DNA of 63,976 nt, filler included. It is 6 parts of 6 records of this genome, joined end to end, with 100 filler letters (N's around TTAATTAATTAA, not from the genome) between each part and the next. Parts side by side here need not be neighbours in the genome. Positions count along the whole stretch, not along the records: positions 8,440 to 17,563 come from SRR20825010_4873; positions 17,664 to 26,060 come from SRR20825010_4877; 4 more parts are not named here. One strand, written 5' to 3'. Under the pieces are notes generated by a model, which worked only from the letters and a program-made list of their open reading frames with translations, was not told the DNA's origin and did no database searches. Shown piece by piece: positions 11,697 to 20,984 of the stretch. The position numbers and the translations under genes are program-made. The number at the start of each line of letters is the position of its first letter. The stretch's first letter is position 1.

Positions 11697-11984
11697 ATGT
11701 ACATCATCCTGCTCACATTCTCCGATAACAAGGCAAACGCCAGCCACTATATGGCTGACCATAAAGCCTGGATCGCCAAAGGCGTAGAGGACGGTACCTT
11801 CCTCATAGTCGGCAGCCTTCAGCCCAACCAGGGCGGCGCCATCATCGCTCATGATATTGAGTTTGACGCGCTAGCAGCACGGGTCGCGGAAGATCCTTTT
11901 GTCGCTGAGGATGTCGTCAAGGCTGAGATTATGGAAATCACACCGTCCATCACCCATGAACGCTTGAAGTTCCTGCTGGACTAA
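11697..11984 (+). CDS. YciI family protein
   Basis: HMADHKAW..GTFLIVG...GGAII...EDPF pattern. Confidence 0.85.
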   Translation: MYIILLTFSDNKANASHYMADHKAWIAKGVEDGTFLIVGSLQPNQGGAIIAHDIEFDALAARVAEDPFVAEDVVKAEIMEITPSITHERLKFLLD

Positions 11985-12080
11985 ACCCGGCATCCCGTTC
12001 ACGACAGCACCCCAGACTTGGCGGGCCTGATGGCTCGCCTTTCTTTTATACTTTCCCTTGCGCCCAGCCGCCCCCAACCC

Positions 12081-12097
12081 TATATCGAGTTGATATA
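12081..12097. promoter_or_regulatory. Palindromic site TATATC-N5-GATATA
   Basis: Perfect 6-5-6 inverted repeat about 40 bp upstream of the serine hydrolase start. Confidence 0.5.
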
Positions 12098-12139
12098 AAA
12101 AAGAGCACATAGCTCACATAAAATGATATAGGCGAGGAT

Positions 12140-13984
12140 ATGACCGGATTTTTCACCCAGAAAGCGGCTCGAGGCATCGGGCTGGCGCTATCAGTATTGG
12201 CCGCCACATTAGGATCGGCAAGCTCAACTGGCGCGGCATCACTTGAACGCGATATTGAAGCCATTCTTGACCGCGAAGGCCTGACCGGTGCGGTTTGGGC
12301 GCTGGTTGAACCGGACAGCGTTACAACCGCCAGCGCGGGTTTCGCCAATATGGCTGATGGCACCCCCCTCGCTCCCGGCTCGCGCGTTCATATCGGGTCG
12401 GTCACAAAAACCCTATTGGCAACCGGTGTGCTGCGCCTCGCGAGCGAAGGCCAGATTGATCTTGACGCGCCTGTTGCCCGCTACATGCCCAACATCCGGT
12501 TTGATAATCCGTGGGCGGCAGAGACCAAAGTCACCGTCCGACATCTTCTCGATCATACATCCGGGATCGAAGACGCGCGGCTGTGGCAGATGTTCAGCCT
12601 TGAGGTAACACCAGACACGCCACTTTTCAGCGCGTTTGAGCGCAGCCCCAACGTGCTGCGTGTGCGTTTCCGCCCCGGCACGCAGCTTTCATACTCAAAC
12701 GCCGGATATGCCCTTCTGGGCTTGCTGATTGAGACCATAACCGGCGAGCGCTACGAGACCTATCTAGATGATCACCTCCTGCGCCCGCTTGGCATGAAAA
12801 ACAGCACCTTCGGCTATACGGAGCAGAACGGCGGGCTGAGCGACATAGCGTTAGCCTGGGGGCATTATGACGGCGGCAAGCCAGCCGCCGCGCAACCCAT
12901 CATGTTCCGCCCGGCGGGGCAGTTCACCACCACTGCGGCTGATATGGCGACATTCGCCACCTTCCTGATGTCTGACGGCACGCTTGAGGGGGAGCCGTTT
13001 ATCGCGCCGGAATATATGAAAGCGCGAGGCATACCACACGCCACAAACGCACGCTGGGCGGGGCTTGTGGCCGGTTACGGCCTCGGCATGAACACCTATG
13101 ACCGCTTTGGCGCGCTTGGCAACTGCCACTCGGGCAATGTGCTTGGTTACCGCGCGCTTTTCTGCATCTACCCTGCTGAAAACAAAGCGTTTTTCGTCAG
13201 CGTCAACACGGACAGTGAAACAGCGGACTATAACCGCCTCTTTGCCAGGGTCGCTGAGGAGCTTGACCTCAAGCCCACAGCCGCGCCCGAAAGTGACCTG
13301 CCCGCCATAGACGTAAAAGACTGGGAAGGCATGTATACCCTTGCACCAAGCCGGTTTCACGCCTTCCGCTACTTCGATATTTTGACTGGATTTATCGAGA
13401 CAGAATGGCACAACGGCACGCTCATCCTCACCACCGCACACGGCAAAACCCGCACGCTTCGCCCGGTTGGGGAATACCTGCTTTCCGCCGATGACCGCAC
13501 GCTGGCGTCCCATGTTTTGCTGCGTGACGATGAAGGCAAGGAGCTGATCAGCGACGGCTTCAGAACCTATAAAAAGACAAGCCCTGCAATAGTTTACGGG
13601 CTAAGGGCCAGCCTTGCGCTGGCTGGTGCCGGGCTCCTGTGGTTCCTGGCTTGGGGGATATATGCCCTATACCGGCACGGCAAAGGCGCATTCAAACGCC
13701 CGGAAGGCATGGCACTCATGGGGATTTTGAGCCTGGCCCTGCCCGTGCCCTTCTATCTCACCCAGTCTTTCATGGCGCTGGGTGACATGACCGCCGCCAG
13801 CATAAGCCTTTGTATTGCAAGTGTATTTTTACCACTTTCCGCGCTGGTGGCGCACACAAAAGTGGTGCAAACCAAAGGCCGCAGCAAGATTGAGAACGGG
13901 CATGGTTTTGCGGCCATTGCCACCGTGCAGGCCGCGCTTATCCTGTGGTATTTCGACCTGATACCGCTGATGCTGTGGCGCTAA
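12140..13984 (+). CDS. Serine hydrolase (beta-lactamase/AmpC-like fold) with signal peptide and C-terminal TM helices
   Basis: SxxK (GSVTK), LLDHTSG, YSN and HSG motifs; several hydrophobic C-terminal segments. Confidence 0.88.
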   Translation: MTGFFTQKAARGIGLALSVLAATLGSASSTGAASLERDIEAILDREGLTGAVWALVEPDSVTTASAGFANMADGTPLAPGSRVHIGSVTKTLLATGVLRLASEGQIDLDAPVARYMPNIRFDNPWAAETKVTVRHLLDHTSGIEDARLWQMFSLEVTPDTPLFSAFERSPNVLRVRFRPGTQLSYSNAGYALLGLLIETITGERYETYLDDHLLRPLGMKNSTFGYTEQNGGLSDIALAWGHYDGGKPAAAQPIMFRPAGQFTTTAADMATFATFLMSDGTLEGEPFIAPEYMKARGIPHATNARWAGLVAGYGLGMNTYDRFGALGNCHSGNVLGYRALFCIYPAENKAFFVSVNTDSETADYNRLFARVAEELDLKPTAAPESDLPAIDVKDWEGMYTLAPSRFHAFRYFDILTGFIETEWHNGTLILTTAHGKTRTLRPVGEYLLSADDRTLASHVLLRDDEGKELISDGFRTYKKTSPAIVYGLRASLALAGAGLLWFLAWGIYALYRHGKGAFKRPEGMALMGILSLALPVPFYLTQSFMALGDMTAASISLCIASVFLPLSALVAHTKVVQTKGRSKIENGHGFAAIATVQAALILWYFDLIPLMLWR

Positions 13985-14097
13985 ATGAGCGCCACACTTA
14001 CCCCAAATGTGTGGCTAATCTGTAGGCAACTGTGTGGCGTGGGTGCGGCGGGATTTTTCAGCCTTCACATCCGGTTTACGCCTGTAATTTTAAGGGG

Positions 14098-14463
14098 TTA
14101 ACGGTCGAGAACCGCATCTTTAAGTGCGGCGGCCGCACTCATGATCTCCGTGATGAAACTTTCAGGCACATCCAGCTCGCGCAAACTGTCTTCAAGATGA
14201 ACCGTTACGGCATCGAAATGTTCGTCCGAAAGGCCCTTCCGGTCCACCAGCCGACGGTGCGCCATACGCATATAACTGTCTGCCCCCACACTTTCGCCCT
14301 TCAGCAGCGTGGTCAAAAACCACGCCTGTTTGCGGTGCAGGTCGCTCATGGCAACACCATCGAAAAACGGAATCAGCAAAGGGTCAGCCAGCATCTTCTT
14401 ATAAAGAAGATCCACCGCTGCACTTACTGCTGGTTCACCACCAATTTTTTCAAAAATGCTCAT
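14098..14463 (-). CDS. Group I truncated haemoglobin
   Basis: IFEKIGG..AV..AVDLLY..MLAD, FF, MRMAH (proximal His) and HFDAV motifs. Confidence 0.9.
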   Translation of the reverse strand: MSIFEKIGGEPAVSAAVDLLYKKMLADPLLIPFFDGVAMSDLHRKQAWFLTTLLKGESVGADSYMRMAHRRLVDRKGLSDEHFDAVTVHLEDSLRELDVPESFITEIMSAAAALKDAVLDR

Positions 14464-14547
14464 GGCAATAACTTCCGTTGACCGTCGTGTTATCGCCTGT
14501 AGATGCCGAGAAAAAGTTAAAATATCTAATATCGCGGCAAAAAAATC

Positions 14548-15717
14548 TCACTCCCGTCCCAGCGCCGTATATTCCCAGCCCCACGGCATACCCGTCTCCC
14601 CCAGCACATGATCCACAATCTCGGGGAATATAAGGTCACCCTTGGCTGTGTTGGAGAGCAGAAGCACACACCGCCTGCCAACTTCCAGGCATACAAGGAT
14701 ATTGTCGGTCTTCTCGTTATGGCCACCCTTGAAAAAACCACGCCCCTGAGGGCCAACCCATGTCACGGCACCAACCGCCGCCGCAAGCCCAACATCAGTG
14801 TTGGCATCATGCACCGCAGCGTCCAGCGTCGGAAACTGATGGCGGGAGCTAATGGCAAGGCCCGGTGCCAGCATGGCCTTTTGGGCACCAGCACCAACCA
14901 GCTTGCCGCCCATAAAGGCCGCGACAAAGGCTGAAAAGTCACGCAGCGTTGTATCCATCGACCCCGCCGCCCGCACGTTAGACTGCATGTTGTGGCGCTT
15001 GTTCTCGCCTTCCCGCGTATAGCCATGGGCATAATTGTCTTTGAAATGGTCCTGCCACGTCAGGCTGGTGCGCTCCATGCCAAGAGGAGTAAAAAACCGG
15101 CGCTCAAGCTCAGTGGCCGTATCAAGGCCCAATACTTCTTCCACCACAAGCTGGGCGATATAATACCCCTCGCCCGAGTAGCCGTATCGCGCGCCCGGCT
15201 CAAAATAGAAACGCAGCTTTCCATCCTTGTCAAAGCCACCTTCAGGCGGGAAAAAGCGATAGTTGGGGAACCCCGTGGTGTGTGAGAGAAGATGCCTGAG
15301 CGTCAGTTTGCGCCAGCGCTCATCACCATCAAGGTCGCTATAGTCCTCATACTCGGGCAACGGTTTGGGCAACAGATCCCCAATCGGGGTATCCAACTCA
15401 ATCTTCCCCTCCGCCACCAAGTCCATCACATAAGCTGCAAACACAAATTTGGTGAGTGACGCACCATACATCACGGTGTTTTCACCCAAAAGCGTCTGGC
15501 TTTCGAGCTTTGCAAAACCATAAGCCTTCTTGTACGCCACCTTGCCGTCCTCAATATAGGCGAGGGCTATTCCCGGCACAGCATGGTCCTGCCTCAAGGC
15601 GCCGACAAGCTCGTCTGTTCCCGCGGGCAAGTCCGCACGCGCCGCCTGCACCGCGCCAAACGCCAGCAGGCTGAAACCAAGCCATAAACCCACGCGAACC
15701 CTTACCCTGAATGGCAT
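14548..15717 (-). CDS. Secreted serine hydrolase (beta-lactamase family)
   Basis: ASLTK, LLSHTTGFPN and YSG motifs; AGGAGG before the ATG at 15717; signal peptide. Confidence 0.88.
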   Translation of the reverse strand: MPFRVRVRVGLWLGFSLLAFGAVQAARADLPAGTDELVGALRQDHAVPGIALAYIEDGKVAYKKAYGFAKLESQTLLGENTVMYGASLTKFVFAAYVMDLVAEGKIELDTPIGDLLPKPLPEYEDYSDLDGDERWRKLTLRHLLSHTTGFPNYRFFPPEGGFDKDGKLRFYFEPGARYGYSGEGYYIAQLVVEEVLGLDTATELERRFFTPLGMERTSLTWQDHFKDNYAHGYTREGENKRHNMQSNVRAAGSMDTTLRDFSAFVAAFMGGKLVGAGAQKAMLAPGLAISSRHQFPTLDAAVHDANTDVGLAAAVGAVTWVGPQGRGFFKGGHNEKTDNILVCLEVGRRCVLLLSNTAKGDLIFPEIVDHVLGETGMPWGWEYTALGRE

Positions 15718-15914
15718 CGCCTCATCCTCCTTCAACCGGTTTAAATCAGGTAAAGTCTTGTGAAGTCATGCCATGCATACAAGATGAATATTGAGGAATA
15801 TGTCTGCGTGACCCGGGGCACGGCTGAATAAACCATGTTTCCATTTACAATGCAGACCAACTACCCAACATATAGGCTAGGCATTCCATTATATTGCAAG
15901 CGTGGGGGAAAAGC

Positions 15915-17111
15915 GTGAGCACACAGGTGAAAGAGCGCATCGCGCTTCTCGATATCGTTCGCGGTCTCGCCGTGCTTGGCATCCTCATCATGAACATTCG
16001 CCTGTTCTCGGAACCGAGCGCCGCTTACCTCAACCCCATGGTCTATAGCGCGCATGAAGAGGCGAACAAGCTTTGGTGGGCCATTCAGTATTTTCTGGCG
16101 GACCAGAAGTTCATGGCGATATTTTCCATGCTGTTTGGCGCCAGTACCGCCATCATCTGTGATGGCCTTGTCCGAAAAGGCATGCCGGTCGAGCTGACCT
16201 TCGCGAAACGCATCTTCGGTCTTCTGCTCATGGGGCTCGCGCACGCTTACCTGCTCTGGAGCGGGGACATCCTTGTCTTCTATGCACTTGGTGCCATTGC
16301 CCCGTTCCTGTTCAGAAACGTGCGCTGGTGGATAACCGCGCTCGCGGGCCTTACCCTTCTGGCCGCAGGCAGCCTCTGGAGCCTCATGGGGTATCACTCG
16401 TTTGACGGGCTACCGCCAGACGTGCTGGAGCAACTCAGCGCCCATATGTGGCTACCGCCTGCTGACCACCTGCAGCATGAGGTTGAAGCCTTTCAGGGTG
16501 GCTGGCTTGCACAACAACCCGTGCGGGCCGAGCATAGCTGGTATTTCCACACCGATGTGTTCCTCAACTGGGGTGTCTGGCGCGTTACCGGCACCATGCT
16601 TATTGGCCTCGCGCTCTACCGCGCCGGTTTCCTGCGTGGTGCGCTCAGTGCCAAACAATATGGCCTGATCGCAGCCACCGCATTCCCCATCGGTTTTGCG
16701 CTTGTCGCTATGGGCTATATGAACAACGAAGCCGCGGGTTGGGCCTTCCCCTACTCCATGTTTGCGGGCAGCCAATGGAACTATTGGGGCTCGCTGTTTG
16801 TCGCCATGGGCTATATGGCCACCATTGCGGTGCTGTTGACCGCCACACAGTTCCGGTTCGGTTTCACTGCCCTCACGAACGTGGGCAAAGCGGCACTCTC
16901 GAACTATCTGTTCCAGACGGTGATGTGTACGAGCATTTTCTTTGGCCACGGACTTGGGCTTTTTGGCCAGCTTGAGCGCTGGCAAACCGCCTTTGTCGTG
17001 CTTGCCGTTTGGGCCACCCAACTGGCCCTCAGCGCGCTTTGGTTCCGCTACAAAAGCCAAGGCCCGCTGGAGGCCCTGTGGCACCGCTTCACCTACGCGC
17101 GCTGGCTATAG
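15915..17111 (+). CDS. DUF418/YeiB family membrane protein
   Basis: RIALLDIVRGLAVLGILIMN, FSMLFG, GDIL, ALSNYLFQ and GPLEALW motifs. Start inferred at the GTG at 15915. Confidence 0.9.
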   Translation: MSTQVKERIALLDIVRGLAVLGILIMNIRLFSEPSAAYLNPMVYSAHEEANKLWWAIQYFLADQKFMAIFSMLFGASTAIICDGLVRKGMPVELTFAKRIFGLLLMGLAHAYLLWSGDILVFYALGAIAPFLFRNVRWWITALAGLTLLAAGSLWSLMGYHSFDGLPPDVLEQLSAHMWLPPADHLQHEVEAFQGGWLAQQPVRAEHSWYFHTDVFLNWGVWRVTGTMLIGLALYRAGFLRGALSAKQYGLIAATAFPIGFALVAMGYMNNEAAGWAFPYSMFAGSQWNYWGSLFVAMGYMATIAVLLTATQFRFGFTALTNVGKAALSNYLFQTVMCTSIFFGHGLGLFGQLERWQTAFVVLAVWATQLALSALWFRYKSQGPLEALWHRFTYARWL

Positions 17112-17128
17112 ATTGGCGACAGGCAAAC

Positions 17129-17155
17129 AAAAAGCCCGGCATATAAGCCGGGCTT
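17129..17155 (-). terminator. Intrinsic terminator after ppa
   Basis: AAGCCCGGC / GCCGGGCTT stem with an A run on the plus strand, between convergent genes. Confidence 0.8.
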
Positions 17156-17181
17156 CCTGAATAGTCTGGTGTGAAGCGCGC

Positions 17182-17562
17182 TTAGCTTGCTGCTGCTTCA
17201 GCCCGAATGCCTTCTTCAATAAGCTGAGCGGCTTTCTCCGGGCCTTCCCAACCTTTGATTTTGACCCATTTGCCACTCTCCAGGTCTTTATAGTGCTGGA
17301 AGAAGTGGGCGATCTGCTCAAGGAAGATTTGCGGCAGCTCTTCATAGCTTTTCACGTCCTTGTAGAAAGGGTGAAGCTTGTCAACCGGGACCATCAGCAG
17401 CTTCTCGTCCATGCCAGCTTCGTCTTCCATGATCAGGACGCCAAGCGGGCGGCAACGCACCACGGCACCGGGCATGATCGGTGTACGGTTCGCGAGCAGC
17501 ACGTCAACCGGGTCACCGTCATCTGCCAGCGTGTGCGGAATGAAACCATAGTTGCAGGGGTA
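17182..17562 (-). CDS. ppa: Inorganic pyrophosphatase (5'-truncated)
   Basis: The frame extends to YPCNYGFIPHTLADDGDPVDV; also DEAGMDEK and HFFQHYKDLE. Confidence 0.96.
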   Translation of the reverse strand, partial: YPCNYGFIPHTLADDGDPVDVLLANRTPIMPGAVVRCRPLGVLIMEDEAGMDEKLLMVPVDKLHPFYKDVKSYEELPQIFLEQIAHFFQHYKDLESGKWVKIKGWEGPEKAAQLIEEGIRAEAAAS

Positions 17563-17563
17563 G

Positions 17564-17663
17564 NNNNNNNNNNNNNNNNNNNNNNNNNNNNNNNNNNNNN
17601 NNNNNNNTTAATTAATTAANNNNNNNNNNNNNNNNNNNNNNNNNNNNNNNNNNNNNNNNNNNN
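17564..17663. other. Artificial contig spacer
   Basis: N44-TTAATTAATTAA-N44. Confidence 0.99.
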
Positions 17664-19372
17664 ATCTCGTCCAGCAGCAGCACGCAATGCGGATTCTGGT
17701 CGACGGCATCGGTCAGCAGACCGCCCTGGTCGAACCCGACATAACCCGGAGGCGCACCGATCAGACGGGAGATGCTGTGGCGCTCCATATATTCCGACAT
17801 GTCGAAGCGGGTGAGCTCGATGCCGAGCGCATTCGCCAGCTGGCGGGCCACCTCGGTCTTGCCGACACCGGTCGGGCCGGAGAAGAGATAGTTGCCGATC
17901 GGCTTTTCCGGCTCCCGCAGACCTGCCCGTGAGAGCTTGATCGCGGTCGACAGGGACGTAATCGCATCGTCCTGCCCGAAGACCACGGTCTTCAGATCCC
18001 GCTCCAGATTCTTCAGCACGGTCCTGTCGTCTGTCGACACGCTCTTCGGCGGGATGCGGGCGATCTTGGCAACGATCTCCTCGACCTCCTTCACACCGAT
18101 GGTCTTGCGCCGCTTGGACGGGGCAACCAGCATCTGCGCCGCGCCGACCTCGTCGATCACGTCGATCGCCTTGTCCGGCAATTTACGGTCGCCGATATAT
18201 TTCGCGGAGAGCTCAACAGCCGTCTTCAGAGCCTCGGCCGTGAAGCGCACCTTGTGATGCTCTTCATAATAAGGCTTCAGGCCCTTCAGGATCTTGATGC
18301 TGTCCTCAATGGACGGCTCTTTCACGTCGATCTTCTGGAACCGGCGGACCAGCGCGCGGTCCTTCTCGAAATGGGTCCGGAATTCCTTGTAGGTGGTCGA
18401 CCCGATGCAGCGCAGGGCGCCCGACTGAAGCGCGGGCTTCAGCAGGTTCGACGCATCCATGGCGCCGCCGGAAGTGGCACCGGCACCGATCACGGTATGA
18501 ATTTCATCGATGAACAGCACGGCGTCCGGATTACGCTCAAGCTCGGAAACGACGGCCTTCAGCCGCTCCTCGAAATCGCCGCGATACCGGGTTCCGGCCA
18601 GCAGCGAGCCCATATCGAGCGAGAAAATCTGCGCATTCTGCAAGACTTCGGGAACTTGCCCGTCGACGATACGCTTGGCGAGACCTTCCGCGATCGCGGT
18701 TTTGCCAACACCCGGATCACCGACATAAAGCGGATTGTTCTTGGTCCGGCGGCAGAGAATCTGGATGGTACGCTCGACCTCGAACTCCCGGCCGATCAGC
18801 GGATCGATCTTGCCCGCCGTCGCCTTCTTGTTCAGATCCACGCAATAGGCGTCCAGCGCCTCGTTGCCACTCTTGTTCACGGTATCCTGCTTGGCATCCT
18901 CTTCGGCGCCGTCGACCCGGGGGGCCTCCGTCTGGCCATGCACCTTGGCTATACCGTGAGAGATGTAATTCACCGCATCGAAACGGGACATCTCCTGCTC
19001 CTGCAGGAAGTAGACGGCATGGCTTTCCCGCTCGGAGAACAGGGCAACCAGAACATTCGCGCCCGTGACCTCGGCCCGGCCGGAAGACTGCACATGGATC
19101 ACGGCCCGCTGGACAACCCGCTGGAAACCGGCAGTCGGCTTGGCTTCCTCTTCCTGACCACCAATCAGGTTCATCAGGTCATTGTCGATATAGCCAGCAA
19201 GATCGCCGCGCAATCGCTCAACATCGACGTCGCAGGCGCGCATCACCGCAATGGCGTCCTGATCGGTCGTCAATGCGTAGAGCAAATGCTCGAGCGTGGC
19301 GTATTCATGGCTCCGCTCATTCGCGAGATCGAGTGCTCTATGCAGGCTTTCCTCTAGATTTTTAGACAACAT
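17664..19372 (-). CDS. clpA: ATP-dependent Clp protease ATP-binding subunit ClpA (3'-truncated)
   Basis: Clp N domain and two Walker A motifs ([16 protein letters not shown]); directly downstream of clpS. Confidence 0.97.
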
Positions 19373-19378
19373 TTTTGC

Positions 19379-19705
19379 TCAAGCCTTTTCCAGAGTGCAT
19401 TGCAACGGGTGCTGGTGCTGACGGGCAAAATCCATCACCTGGGTCACCTTCGTTTCAGCGACTTCGTAGGTATAAACGCCACAGATACCGACACCGCGCT
19501 GGTGGACATGCATCATTATGGTCGTCGCCTCGTCCCTATTCTTGGAGAAAAATCTTTCCAGAACGTGAACGACAAACTCCATGGGCGTATAATCATCATT
19601 CAGCATGATGACTTTATACATCGCCGGTTTTTTGGTTTTGGGGCGTGCCTTGACAACCACGCCCGTGTTGGTGCCGTCACCGACCTTGTCGTCGTCTTTA
19701 CTCAT
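19379..19705 (-). CDS. clpS: Clp protease adaptor ClpS
   Basis: [18 protein letters not shown]...EVAETKV...HPLQCTLE. True start taken as the ATG at 19705. Confidence 0.96.
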   Translation of the reverse strand: MSKDDDKVGDGTNTGVVVKARPKTKKPAMYKVIMLNDDYTPMEFVVHVLERFFSKNRDEATTIMMHVHQRGVGICGVYTYEVAETKVTQVMDFARQHQHPLQCTLEKA

Positions 19706-19991
19706 TTTCAGAACCGTAACTCTCCCGTACCGCACCGGGCCGGTCTCACATGTTGCACAAGCTAAATTAAACCGCCGTGGACCGGAAGAAAGCCCCGGCG
19801 AAAATTCAGCCAGGCACTGTGCCCAATGCGGACAGGGTGACAGATATTTCGTGTCGAGCACAAGCCGTTGCAAGGTTAAATCGGATAAACCGTTACTGAT
19901 AACGGATCGCCAAAACACCCCGTCACCCTCTCCACCAGCCCTTCCCGCCATGCCCTCTTGCTCACCGGGCGGGATCGGGTCGGCAGAAAGC

Positions 19992-20019
19992 AAAAAGCCC
20001 GGCTGAAACAGCCGGGCTT
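19992..20019 (-). terminator. Intrinsic terminator after the phasin gene
   Basis: AAGCCCGGCTG / CAGCCGGGCTT stem with an A run on the plus strand. Confidence 0.82.
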
Positions 20020-20045
20020 CCGCTCGTTCTATGGAAAGCAGCCTG

Positions 20046-20576
20046 TTAGGCGGCAATCGGCTTCGACAGTTTTTCGAAGGTGCCGGTCAGGCTCGCCTGA
20101 ATCGGCTTGATCGCTTCGTTCGCTGTCTTGACGGACATCTCGGAAATCTTGGTGATTTCCCCGACGGCCTTGTCATAGCTTTTCTTGGTCACGTCGTTCT
20201 GCAGTTCCATCAGATCGTTGACGGTCTTGCAGGTCATCACGGTCTTGCCGGTTTCGACGGAGACCTCAACGCTTTCCTGACCGAAGGCATAGAGCTCTTT
20301 GCCGATGGCCTCAAAGCCCTTGGACCAGGTGTTCATCGCCGTGATGTAGGCATCGTAATTGGCTTTGCCGAGCGACGCATATTCATCATAACCGCCATAG
20401 AGGGCCTTCTGGGCCTTCTCGGCATGTTCCTTCATAAGCTCAACCGCCTGGTCATAGCCTTTCTGGGCAACGTCCTGAGACGCTTTCACAGCCGCCTCGA
20501 CAGTTTCCGTGCCGGCTGCAACCGCGTCTTCAACCTGGCCGGCAGCAGCGGTAGCGGTGGTTTTCTTCGCAACCAT
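20046..20576 (-). CDS. phaP: Phasin (PHA granule-associated protein)
   Basis: Ala/Lys-rich N-terminus, [11 protein letters not shown] phasin pattern, AGGAG RBS before 20576, PhaR-type boxes upstream and clpS downstream. Confidence 0.85.
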   Translation of the reverse strand: MVAKKTTATAAAGQVEDAVAAGTETVEAAVKASQDVAQKGYDQAVELMKEHAEKAQKALYGGYDEYASLGKANYDAYITAMNTWSKGFEAIGKELYAFGQESVEVSVETGKTVMTCKTVNDLMELQNDVTKKSYDKAVGEITKISEMSVKTANEAIKPIQASLTGTFEKLSKPIAA

Positions 20577-20692
20577 CTTCACTCTCCTTGCGCATCGTTG
20601 ACATAATTCGGGGGATAAAACTCGGGAGTTCCCCCGGCGGGCCGCAGGCATGTCCCTTGGACACGCATACTCAACAGGATATGTCTGGGCTC

Positions 20693-20770
20693 ATGCTGCA
20701 TTGCAACATACACGGTAAAATAGGAATTACAGGGAAAAGGTCAAGTGTATTTTTTGTGCACTGCAGCATT
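20693..20770. promoter_or_regulatory. Two PhaR-type operator sites
   Basis: ATGCTGCATTGCAACAT (20693-20709) and GTGCACTGCAGCAT (20756-20769), TGC-rich dyads upstream of the phasin. Confidence 0.7.
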
Positions 20771-20984
20771 TTTTCATTTTCACCCCGCACAAGAGGCCGG
20801 TTGAGACCATACGGGCTTCATGATCACTGCCAGAGCAGGTAATTTTCTCCTATGGTTGATCTCTATCTTTAATTTTGTTTCAATCAGTTATGGACAACAG
20901 CTAAGCTCTTACATAAGATTTCAGCGGTTTTCGATAGGGCTTAACCGTATTGCGGTTTGGCAATGCGGCAGATTGGGGGAGCAA

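Noticed and set aside
17129-20020. Near-identical AAAAGCCCGGC...GCCGGGCTTCC hairpins as a repeat family
   Set aside because: They lie on different contigs and both are ordinary terminators.
19706-20056. N-terminally extended 225-aa ClpS
   Set aside because: The extension runs through the phasin terminator; the ClpS-like sequence starts at 19705.
20869-20946. CtrA site upstream of the DD-carboxypeptidase
   Set aside because: Only a mismatched TTAA-N7-TCAA and a lone TTAACC half-site; too weak to call.
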